Assembly: GCF_017876815.1 (NCBI RefSeq)
Contig: NZ_JAGIOS010000001.1
Location: 900,001-932,000, forward strand
DNA length: 32,000 nt
From: Sinorhizobium meliloti
Lineage (GTDB): Bacteria; Pseudomonadota; Alphaproteobacteria; Rhizobiales; Rhizobiaceae
Reading direction: 5' to 3'
Positions 21,322 through 28,854 of the stretch are shown here, in pieces (within the stretch, counting starts at the first letter, position 1; every line of letters begins with the position of its first letter). Position numbers and translations under genes: made by a program. The notes below the pieces were generated by a model. That model was given only the letters and a program-made list of their open reading frames with translations. It did not search any database and had not been told where the DNA came from.

Positions 21322-23607
21322 ATGCCGGGTATCGACAAGACCGACCGCGCAATGACCAGCGTCACGGCGCAGGAAGCGCTCGATTTTCATTCTCAAGGTC
21401 GCCCCGGAAAACTGGAAATCTCGCCGACCAAGCCGATGGCGACGCAGCGCGACCTTTCGCTCGCCTATTCGCCCGGCGTCGCCGTTCCGGTGAAGGCGAT
21501 CGCCGACGATCCGGCAACGGCGTACGACTACACGGCGCGCGGCAACATGGTTGCGGTGATTTCCAACGGTACGGCAATCCTCGGCCTCGGCAATCTAGGC
21601 GCACTCGCCTCGAAGCCCGTCATGGAGGGCAAGGCCGTCCTCTTCAAGCGCTTCGCCGACGTCGATTCGATCGACCTCGAGGTGGATACCGAAAACGTCG
21701 ACGAATTCGTCAACTGCGTCCGCTTTCTCGGCCCTTCCTTCGGCGGAATCAATCTCGAGGACATCAAGGCCCCGGACTGCTTCATCATCGAGCAGCGGCT
21801 GCGCGAAGTCATGGACATTCCCGTCTTCCATGACGACCAGCACGGCACCGCGATCATCGCCGCGGCAGGCCTCGTCAACGCGCTGACCCTGACCGGCCGC
21901 GACTTCAAGACGGCCAAGCTCGTCTGCAACGGCGCGGGCGCGGCGGCGATCGCCTGCATCGAGCTCATCAAGGCGATGGGCTTCAACCCGGAAAACATCA
22001 TCCTCTGCGATACCAAGGGGGTCATCTACAAGGGCCGTACCGACGGCATGAACCAGTGGAAGTCGGCGCATGCGGTCGAGACCGACCGCAGGACGCTCGC
22101 CGAGGCTCTTGACGGCGCCGACGTGTTCTTCGGCCTTTCGGCCAAGGGCGCGCTTTCCGCGGACATGGTCCGCTCCATGGGCGCACGGCCGATCATCTTC
22201 GCCATGGCCAATCCCGATCCGGAAATCACGCCCGAAGAAGTGGCCCTGATCCGCGACGACGCGATCGTCGCGACCGGCCGCTCGGACTATCCGAACCAGG
22301 TCAACAACGTTCTCGGCTTTCCCTATATCTTCCGCGGCGCGCTCGACGTGCGCGCCTCGACCATCAACGACGCGATGAAGATCGCCGCGGCGGAAGCGCT
22401 CGCCAATCTCGCCAAGGAAGACGTTCCGGACGACGTCGCCGCTGCCTATCAGGGCAACCGGCCGCGCTTCGGGCCGCAATATATCATTCCCGTCCCCTTC
22501 GATCCGCGCCTCATCTCGGCGATCCCGATGGCCGTCGCAAAGGCAGCTATGGAGACCGGCGTCGCCCGCAAGCCGATCGAGGACCTCAAGGCCTATGGGC
22601 AGCAGCTTTCGGCGCGGCGCGACCCGATCGCCTCGACGCTGCAGCGCATCGTCGAGCGCGTTCGCCGCCAGCCGAAGCGGATCGTCTTCGCGGAAGGCGA
22701 GGAAGTGCAGATGATGCGCTCGGCGATCGCCTATGCCAACCAGCAGCTCGGCACGGCGCTCCTGCTCGGGCGCGAGGAAGTGATGCGCGAAACCGCCGAG
22801 CGCGAAGGCATCGACCTCGACCGCGCCGGCATCCAGATCGTCAATGCGCGCCTGTCGAAGCGCGTCGGCGCCTATACCGATTTCCTCTATTCGCGCCTGC
22901 AGCGAAAGGGCTATCTCTTCCGCGACGTTCAGCGTCTGATCAATACCGACCGCAACCATTTCGCCGCCTCGATGGTGGCGCTCGGCGATGCCGACGGCAT
23001 GGTTACGGGCCTTACGCGCAACTATTCGACCGCGCTCGAAGACGTGCGCCGCTGCATCGATCCAAAGCCCGGCCACCGGGTGATCGGCGTGTCCATTGCG
23101 CTCTGCCGCGGCCGTACGGTGCTCGTCGCCGATACCGCTGTGCACGACATGCCGACCTCCGAGGAGCTGGCGGATATCGCCGAGGAAGCGGCCGGCCTCG
23201 CCAAGCGGCTGGGCTACGTGCCGCGGGTGGCGATGCTCGCCTATTCGACCTTCGGCCACCCTTCCGGCGAACGCTCGGAGCGGGTACGCGAGGCGGTAAA
23301 GATCCTCGACCGGCGCCGTGTGGATTTCGAGTATGACGGCGAAATGGCCGCCGACGTGGCACTCAATGCCCGGGTGATGGAGCAATATCCGTTCTGCAGG
23401 CTTTCCGGCACCGCGAACGTGCTCGTCATGCCCGCGTTCCACTCGGCCTCGATCTCGACGAAGATGCTCCAGGAACTGGGCGGCTCGACCGTGATCGGCC
23501 CGCTGCTGGTCGGTCTCGACAAGTCGGTCCAGATCGCCTCGATGTCGGCAAAGGACTCGGACCTCGTCAACCTGGCCGCTATCGCGGCCTATAACGCGGG
23601 GACGTGA
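21322..23607 (+). CDS. tme: Malic enzyme with C-terminal phosphotransacetylase-like domain, 761 aa (probably the NADP-dependent Tme/MaeB type)
   Basis: Malic-enzyme N-terminal and NAD(P)-binding domains (YSPGV, VCNGAGAAAIAC) fused to a PTA-like domain (~aa 430-760). ATG at 21322 follows GAGGAAAC. NADP versus NAD specificity cannot be read from the sequence. The symbol is based on the mutS-adjacent position I recall for S. meliloti tme. Confidence 0.93.
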   Translation: MPGIDKTDRAMTSVTAQEALDFHSQGRPGKLEISPTKPMATQRDLSLAYSPGVAVPVKAIADDPATAYDYTARGNMVAVISNGTAILGLGNLGALASKPVMEGKAVLFKRFADVDSIDLEVDTENVDEFVNCVRFLGPSFGGINLEDIKAPDCFIIEQRLREVMDIPVFHDDQHGTAIIAAAGLVNALTLTGRDFKTAKLVCNGAGAAAIACIELIKAMGFNPENIILCDTKGVIYKGRTDGMNQWKSAHAVETDRRTLAEALDGADVFFGLSAKGALSADMVRSMGARPIIFAMANPDPEITPEEVALIRDDAIVATGRSDYPNQVNNVLGFPYIFRGALDVRASTINDAMKIAAAEALANLAKEDVPDDVAAAYQGNRPRFGPQYIIPVPFDPRLISAIPMAVAKAAMETGVARKPIEDLKAYGQQLSARRDPIASTLQRIVERVRRQPKRIVFAEGEEVQMMRSAIAYANQQLGTALLLGREEVMRETAEREGIDLDRAGIQIVNARLSKRVGAYTDFLYSRLQRKGYLFRDVQRLINTDRNHFAASMVALGDADGMVTGLTRNYSTALEDVRRCIDPKPGHRVIGVSIALCRGRTVLVADTAVHDMPTSEELADIAEEAAGLAKRLGYVPRVAMLAYSTFGHPSGERSERVREAVKILDRRRVDFEYDGEMAADVALNARVMEQYPFCRLSGTANVLVMPAFHSASISTKMLQELGGSTVIGPLLVGLDKSVQIASMSAKDSDLVNLAAIAAYNAGT

Positions 23608-23700
23608 CGCGGGTCGGCCGAAAGCCGGAAAACTGCCGGCACCTCGTCTGTTGCCGCGTCGCCAGACGGTTGAAGCAAGCCTCAAGATCGCGCGAGCGCT

Positions 23701-23740
23701 CAGAAAACAAGAGCCCGCTTCCCGGAACGGAGGCGGGCTC
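23701..23740. terminator. Strong hairpin in the convergent tme/olsB spacer, likely a shared or bidirectional terminator
   Basis: GAGCCCGCTTCC (23711-23722) pairs with GGAGGCGGGCTC (23729-23740): 12 bp, 6-nt loop, with one T-G pair on the plus strand that becomes an A-C mismatch on the minus strand. The minus-strand tail is TTGTTTTCTG (23701-23710). The plus-strand tail AATCTATCAT is a poor U-tract. Confidence 0.7.
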
Positions 23741-23771
23741 AATCTATCATGGCTGACCAATTTCGTTCGTG

Positions 23772-23869
23772 ATGAAAATTCGAGATTTGCTCGCGGAGCC
23801 TACCCTCGCAGGCAGAGCGGCGAATGTTCTCCTTTATGGTTCAATATGCTTCCGTCATGAAAATTCGAG
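23772..23869. repeat. 13-bp perfect direct repeat ATGAAAATTCGAG (23772-23784 and 23857-23869), 85 bp apart
   Basis: Read directly. Both copies are preceded by CGT-N. They lie in an AT-rich stretch just downstream of the olsB stop. Confidence 0.6.
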
Positions 23870-23885
23870 GTGCAGCGATAGACAA

Positions 23886-24776
23886 TCAGGATACCGGCGA
23901 GGAAAAGCGCCCCGCATCGGCGCCGTAATAATTCAGATAACGGCCGGAAATTTTGCCGATCGGCAGGACGATCAGCACGTCGGTGGTGCGGAACGCTTGA
24001 TCGACCACAGCCCCGTCGCCGACCATTGCACCGAGCCGCATATAGCCCTTGATCAGCGGCGGCAGCGCCGCGAGCGCCTTCTTCGGGTTGATCGCCTCCG
24101 GAGGCATCAGGTCCATCGTCCGGTAAAGCTCCGGCCGGGCGGAAACCGCCCACTCGTCCCGGACCCGGACGTTATGATGCAGGAAGGAGAGCGCGAGCGC
24201 GTGCTCTTCGGGAACCACGCCCGGAAACGAACCGCAGCCGAACATCGCATCGATCCCGTGCTTCAGCGCATAGGCCCAATTGCCCTGCCACAGCAGCTCC
24301 ACCGTGCGCTTGGTGCGATATTCCGGCAGCACGCAGGAACGTCCGAGTTCCATGAAGCGCTTGCCGGGATGACGCGAGAGAAGTTCGCCTATTGCAAACT
24401 CCGAAGCCGAGTAGAAGCCGCCGGTCCGCTCGGCAACGTCCTGGCGCAGCAGGCGGTAGGTTCCGACGATCTGCTCCTCCGCATCGCCCTCGATCGAGGT
24501 ATCGAGCACCAGCAGGTGGTCGCAGATCGCATCCCAGCTGTCGATGTCGCGCTTGCGTCGGCCGGCCTCGGGGGCCACCTGCGCCTTCATCTCCTCGACG
24601 AACACCCTGTAGCGCACCGCCTGCGCGGCATCGATTTCGGCTGCCGATCGGGCAAGGCGGGTCTCGAGATTGGCGATCCGTCCGAGAACATCGCTCGCCG
24701 GAGCCGCAACTGCCTTGCGGATGTAAGCATTGGAGGTGTCAACCACGCCCATCGAATCCAGAAGTTCGATCGTCAT
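23886..24776 (-). CDS. olsB: GNAT-fold L-ornithine N-alpha-acyltransferase (lyso-ornithine lipid synthase), 296 aa
   Basis: Sequence typical of the OlsB / hemolysin-like acyltransferase family (RYRVFVEEM, GTYRLL, MELGRSCVLPEYR, PPLIKGYMRLGA). The 296-aa length and position next to tme match my recollection of S. meliloti olsB. Confidence 0.88.
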   Translation of the reverse strand: MTIELLDSMGVVDTSNAYIRKAVAAPASDVLGRIANLETRLARSAAEIDAAQAVRYRVFVEEMKAQVAPEAGRRKRDIDSWDAICDHLLVLDTSIEGDAEEQIVGTYRLLRQDVAERTGGFYSASEFAIGELLSRHPGKRFMELGRSCVLPEYRTKRTVELLWQGNWAYALKHGIDAMFGCGSFPGVVPEEHALALSFLHHNVRVRDEWAVSARPELYRTMDLMPPEAINPKKALAALPPLIKGYMRLGAMVGDGAVVDQAFRTTDVLIVLPIGKISGRYLNYYGADAGRFSSPVS

Positions 24777-24893
24777 ATCGTGTCATCCCGAACCGTCATT
24801 GCTGCCGGGCTTAGACCACGTTTCTGCAACAACATAGTGACACCAGGGCAGTATACAACCCCGACCCCGGCCCGGTGCCCCGAAGCTGGGATT

Positions 24894-27173
24894 CTATTTT
24901 GCAACGGGGTCCATGAGGCGGGTGACTTCGGCAAGGAGCCGCTGCGGGTCGGCGGGCTTCGCCAGCACGGCGTCCGCTCCCGCGGCTCGAAGGCGCTCAT
25001 CGAGATCGCCGCGCGCATCCGCGGTCAGGACGAGCACCGGCACCCGCCGCCTGCCTCCGGCCGCCTCCGCTTCACGTAGACGCCGGAGCACGTCGAGACC
25101 ATCGCCGCCCGGCATGTTGAGGTCGGTGACGATCAGCGGCGGCGGGGCGGAACCGGCCGAGCGGAGTGCGGCTTCGAGCGCCTTGAAGTCACCGACATGA
25201 TCGACGGCACGCCCGGCACGGCTGAGAAGCGACCGCAGGACGAGTGCATTCACAGGGTCGTCCTCGGCAAGCAGGATGCCGCGAACATCCGACGTCATCA
25301 CCGTCGCTGTCGGCTCTTCCCGCAGCACCGGTCTGTTGTCGTTGATCGCGTCGCGTTTCTCCATTCCTCTGAGCCGCCCGAGCAGCACCTCGACCAGCGA
25401 TCTCTCGCGAAGAGGGCGGATCAGCCAGGCCTCATAGCCGCCGAGCCGGCTCACCGGATGGCTTGTGCGCTCCTCGGGGCTGATGAGATAGGTTCTGCGC
25501 AAACGCAGGCCGGCGATCGCCGGCTCGAGAGCAAGAAGCTCGCGAAACTGCGCCGCATGGCGGTGATCGACGATGACATCCGTCAGCGGCAGCCGATTGC
25601 CGAGCGCGCCGGCGACGACCCGTCCCGCGACGGCAAGTGTCGAAGCCCGATGGCACGTACCGCCCAGCGTCTCGATCGTGGCGGCAAGCGCGGCCGAGGA
25701 GGGCCCCTCGGGCGCCATGACAAGCACCTGTGCGCCCGCCAGAATGCCGCGCCGAACGGGAACGCCCGAGAGACCGGCGCCAGCCATCGGGAACCGGATC
25801 TCGAACCGGCTTCCCTTGCCGGACATGCTCGTGGCGGTCAGGCTGCCGCCGAAGGCCTCCATGATCCGCCGGGATATCGCGAGGCCGAGGCCGGTGCCTT
25901 TGGCACGCTGGGCGTCGTCGCCTGCCTGCTCGAACTCTTCGAAAACGCGCGCGAGCTCATCGGCGGACATGCCGGGACCGCTATCGTCGATCCGGATGCG
26001 CACGGAGCCGTTCTCGATATCGACGGAGACGAAGACGCCGCCCTTCTCCGTGAATTTCACCGCGTTGCCGACCACGTTGAACAGCACCTGGCGCAGGCGC
26101 GCCGCGTCGAAAAGCATCCGCTCGGGTACCTCGATGGCGACCGTCGCACCGATCTCGATGTTCTTCTCGTGTGCGCGGGGCGACAGCATCTCGACCACGT
26201 TCTCGACTGTCTGGCGCAGATCCTCCTGCGACGGGCGCAGCTGGAACCGTCCGACGGCAAGCGACGAAAAATCGATCAGATCCTCGACCAATTGAACCAG
26301 GGTGTGGCCGGACTGCTGCATGCCGGCGAGATAGTTCTTCTGCTCTTCCGACAACCGCGTCTCGGCAAGGAGCCGGCTCATGCCGAGGATGCCGGAAAGC
26401 GGGGTACGGATTTCGTGACTGACGGTGGCGAGCAGACGGGACTTCGCCCGGCTCGCCTCCTCGGCGCGCCGCCGCGCCTCCTCCCTCTGGCTTGCCGCCA
26501 GCATTTCCTCCGTAACATCGCGAGCGATGCTGTGGCGCATCGGTCGGCCGCGCGCCGGGTCGCGGACAAGCACGTCGTGCCAATCGTAGAGCCGCGTGCC
26601 CGAGGGCGTATAGATATGGACAAAGTAGCGGTCTGGGCCCGTCTTCGGCTCGAAGCGCAATCCCAGCTCCGCGCAGGTCAGCCCCCGCGCGTCCGCGCAT
26701 CCGCAAAGCTCATGGAAGGCGCCATTGGCCTGCATGATCTTGCCGTCAAGGTCGCGGACGATGGCGAGATCGCCCATGGCGTCATGGATCGTCGCAAGGA
26801 GCGCCGCGGTTTCAATGCCATGCCGTGCGGGGTCCTGCGCAGTCTCGCCGGCGCCGGCAACCCGCTTCCCCGACGCCTCGTCGCGGCCGGACAATAGCAG
26901 GAAGGCGCCGACCAGGCCCCCAGCCGCGATGATCGCCGGCAGCAGGTGCAGACCCGCGCCCGCACCGACGGCAAGGAGCAGCATTGCCGCAACGATGCCG
27001 GCGAGAGCATAGGCGACGCGCGCGCCCCCTGCCGAAGGATCGCCCAACGGCCGGCGCTGCCGGATGACGGCGGCACCGAGGTTCACCGCGGGCGCCGCTG
27101 ATGCGGTCCTGCCGGCCCCCGACCCCGTGCCCGCGCCAGCCCTCATACGCTCTCGAAACATCCGCTCGCTCAT
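24894..27173 (-). CDS. Membrane-anchored hybrid sensor histidine kinase/response regulator (2 TM, PAS, HisKA, HATPase_c, degenerate receiver-like domain, receiver), 759 aa
   Basis: H-box SHEIRTPLSGILG, N-box NVVGNAVKFT, G1 DDSGPGM, G2 GTGLGLAIS. C-terminal REC has ILLAEDDPVN ... VTDLNMPGGDG ... LAKP. Two adjacent hydrophobic helices at aa ~55-105. Alternative starts at 27161 and 27146. Confidence 0.9.
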   Translation of the reverse strand: MSERMFRERMRAGAGTGSGAGRTASAAPAVNLGAAVIRQRRPLGDPSAGGARVAYALAGIVAAMLLLAVGAGAGLHLLPAIIAAGGLVGAFLLLSGRDEASGKRVAGAGETAQDPARHGIETAALLATIHDAMGDLAIVRDLDGKIMQANGAFHELCGCADARGLTCAELGLRFEPKTGPDRYFVHIYTPSGTRLYDWHDVLVRDPARGRPMRHSIARDVTEEMLAASQREEARRRAEEASRAKSRLLATVSHEIRTPLSGILGMSRLLAETRLSEEQKNYLAGMQQSGHTLVQLVEDLIDFSSLAVGRFQLRPSQEDLRQTVENVVEMLSPRAHEKNIEIGATVAIEVPERMLFDAARLRQVLFNVVGNAVKFTEKGGVFVSVDIENGSVRIRIDDSGPGMSADELARVFEEFEQAGDDAQRAKGTGLGLAISRRIMEAFGGSLTATSMSGKGSRFEIRFPMAGAGLSGVPVRRGILAGAQVLVMAPEGPSSAALAATIETLGGTCHRASTLAVAGRVVAGALGNRLPLTDVIVDHRHAAQFRELLALEPAIAGLRLRRTYLISPEERTSHPVSRLGGYEAWLIRPLRERSLVEVLLGRLRGMEKRDAINDNRPVLREEPTATVMTSDVRGILLAEDDPVNALVLRSLLSRAGRAVDHVGDFKALEAALRSAGSAPPPLIVTDLNMPGGDGLDVLRRLREAEAAGGRRRVPVLVLTADARGDLDERLRAAGADAVLAKPADPQRLLAEVTRLMDPVAK

Positions 27174-27182
27174 GCCCGCGGC

Positions 27183-27217
27183 CTAGGACCTGTGGACACT
27201 TATGGATAGGGGTTTGA
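27183..27217. repeat. Left terminal inverted repeat CTAGGACCTGTGGACACTTATGGATAGGGGTTTGA
   Basis: Base-by-base check: position i pairs with 54639-i for all 35 positions. The match breaks at 27218/27421. Confidence 0.9.
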
Positions 27218-27240
27218 CGGCCCATATTGCGAGGGACTTT

Positions 27241-27292
27241 CGTGGAAAATCCGGCGCCGCAGGCCGTCCGCCTGCAAGCCGGATTTTTCGCG
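27241..27292. terminator. Terminator-like extended hairpin inside the palindromic element (possible bidirectional terminator after lspA)
   Basis: AAAATCCGGC (27246-27255) pairs with GCCGGATTTT (27278-27287). It is extendable to 15 bp with two G-T pairs. The apical stem is GCAGGC-cgtcc-GCCTGC. T/A runs flank the stem on both strands. Confidence 0.45.
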
Positions 27293-27421
27293 ACAAGGCA
27301 CCGCAATATGGGCTGCCCGAAGGGTTTTGCACAAATCGCCCACTGCCGGCGGCTTTTCCCTTGCAAAGGGGGCAACCCTTTGCTGCGGAAAAATCCTTGG
27401 CATTGACCGATTTGTGCAAAA

Positions 27422-27456
27422 TCAAACCCCTATCCATAAGTGTCCACAGGTCCTAG
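27422..27456. repeat. Right terminal inverted repeat TCAAACCCCTATCCATAAGTGTCCACAGGTCCTAG
   Basis: Exact reverse complement of 27183-27217. Confidence 0.9.
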
Positions 27457-27490
27457 CACGGCAAGCCTTCCGAATGCCTTCAGCCGACGC

Positions 27491-27991
27491 CTAAAGTTTT
27501 AGCGAACGCTCCTTTTTCGCCTGCAGCAGTTCGTCGAGAATGATCGCGCCGGCGCCGACAGTGATGAAACTGTCCGCCAGGTTGAAGACGGCAAAGGACC
27601 AGGTGGCCGTGTAGAACAGGATATAGTCGATGACGTAGCCGAAGAGCAGCCGGTCGACGAGATTGCCGAGCGCCCCGGCAATGATCATCGCATAGCCCAG
27701 ATGGGCGAAGAAGCGGTCCTTCGGCGTGCGGCGCCACAGCCAGAGCACGAAGGTGACGACCGCCAGCCGGATGCCGACGATGAACCACCCCTCCATGCCC
27801 GAGAGCATCGAGAAGGCAACGCCGTAATTGTAGGTTCGGTAGAGGGCGAGCATCGGCATGACCGGCACCCCCTGCTGGAAGGGCAGATACGCCTCCACCA
27901 GATATTTGATGAACTGGTCGGCGGCGAGCGCGATCAGAATGAAGAGCGCGATCGGGAGCGGCCGCGAGAAAAGTGTCTGCTCCTGCCTCAT
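27491..27991 (-). CDS. lspA: Lipoprotein signal peptidase (signal peptidase II), 166 aa
   Basis: Four TM segments. Conserved motifs [16 protein letters not shown] and [12 protein letters not shown] carry the catalytic Asp residues. ATG overlaps the upstream stop (ATGA 27988-27991). Confidence 0.95.
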
Positions 27992-28854
27992 CGGCCGCCA
28001 TCCAGAGACAGGAGATGGCGCCGCGCCTCGAACAGCATGATGCCGGTCGCGATGGCGAGATTGAGCGAATCGGCACGCCCCGCCTGCGGAATGCGGGCGA
28101 GTGCGCCGGCCTCGCGCGCGAGTTCCACCGGCAGGCCCGCCTGTTCATTGCCCATCAGAAGCACGACCGGCTTCGATTTGTAGTCGATCGTGCGATAGTC
28201 GACAGAACCCGCCAGGTGGGTCGCGACCACCTGAACGCCGGCCGCTCTCTGCCAGCGGATGAAATCCTCCGTATTCGCCCGCGCGATCGGTATGGCGAAA
28301 ACGGAACCCATGGTTGCCCGCACGGTCTCGAGCGAAAAGGGATCGGTGGTTTCGCCGACCAGGATGATCCCGGAAGCGCCGGCCGCGTCGGCGGTGCGGA
28401 TGATGGTGCCGAGATTGCCCGGGTCGCGCACGCGGTCGAGCGCCACATAGGTCTCGCCCTCCTGCGGATGAATATCCCTGAGCGGAGAGTAGCGCTGCTC
28501 GAAGATGCCGACGACCATCTGCGGATTGTCGCGCCGTGTGATGGTGGAGATCACCTTCTCGTTGACTTCGAGGACGAGCCCGCCTCTGGCGACCGTTTTC
28601 GCCGCCACCTGCTCGACCTGAGGCTTGCCCTTCGCCGCCTTGGCATAGACGAGCGTCTTGATCTTCCAGCCGAGATCGAGCGCGTCGATGACGAGCTTCA
28701 GCCCCTCGGCCATGAAGGAGCGCGTCTCGTCGCGATGCTTCTTCTGCGTCAGCGCCCGGATATCCTTGACGATCGGATTGGTGAGGCTGGTGACCTCCTT
28801 CACCTGCCCGACGCGTGCCGTGCCCGTGCCGTGGTCGCTTCTGTCGTTGATCAT
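27988..28854 (-). CDS. SpoU/TrmH-family RNA 2'-O-methyltransferase, 288 aa
   Basis: C-terminal 288 aa of track ORF 27988..29628. SpoU motifs [28 protein letters not shown] and [25 protein letters not shown] at 28852-28854 overlaps the upstream gene's TGA (ATGA). Confidence 0.9.

Larger units (their letters stand above)
27183..27456. mobile_element. 274-bp non-coding palindromic element (MITE / RIME-like) with perfect 35-bp terminal inverted repeats
   Basis: 27183-27217 is the exact reverse complement of 27422-27456. There are two long internal palindromes and no credible ORF. The ends read C-TA-GGACC...GGTCC-TA-G. See findings. Confidence 0.7.

Noticed and set aside
23618-23660. Short hairpins just after the tme stop (GCCGG-aaaactg-CCGGC and CGTCTG-N12-CAGACG) as a tme terminator
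   Set aside because: The stems are only 5-6 bp and there is no U-tract. The 12-bp hairpin at 23711-23740 is a better candidate.
21595-23760. 721-aa ORF antisense to tme
   Set aside because: Antisense shadow ORF typical of high-GC DNA (R/G/A/D/H-rich, no motifs). The plus-strand frame encodes a complete malic enzyme.
23857-23928. Small plus-strand ORF starting at the second ATGAAAATTCGAG repeat (MKIRGAAIDNQDTGEEKRPASAP), and the first repeat also starting with ATG AAA ATT CGA
   Set aside because: There is no RBS. It overlaps the olsB 3' end antisense. The two copies are in different frames relative to each other. Coding potential cannot be supported.
25197-26897. 566-aa ORF antisense to the hybrid kinase (similarly 18787..20484, 16070..17458, 17489..18502, 14211..15707, 2942..4276, 23769..25079, 12468..13478, 425..1825, 28992..30227 and 27973..29004)
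   Set aside because: All are antisense to, or out of frame with, genes that have strong family signatures. All show the Arg/Gly/Ala/Asp-rich composition expected from reading GC-rich coding DNA in the wrong frame.
27183-27456. Two 84-aa ORFs (27183..27437 minus and 27202..27456 plus) inside the lspA-kinase spacer
   Set aside because: They are mirror images generated by the palindrome. They share the N-terminus MDRGL and C-terminus KPLSISVHRS encoded by the two TIRs. There is no RBS and no family resemblance. The stretch is treated as a non-coding repeat element.
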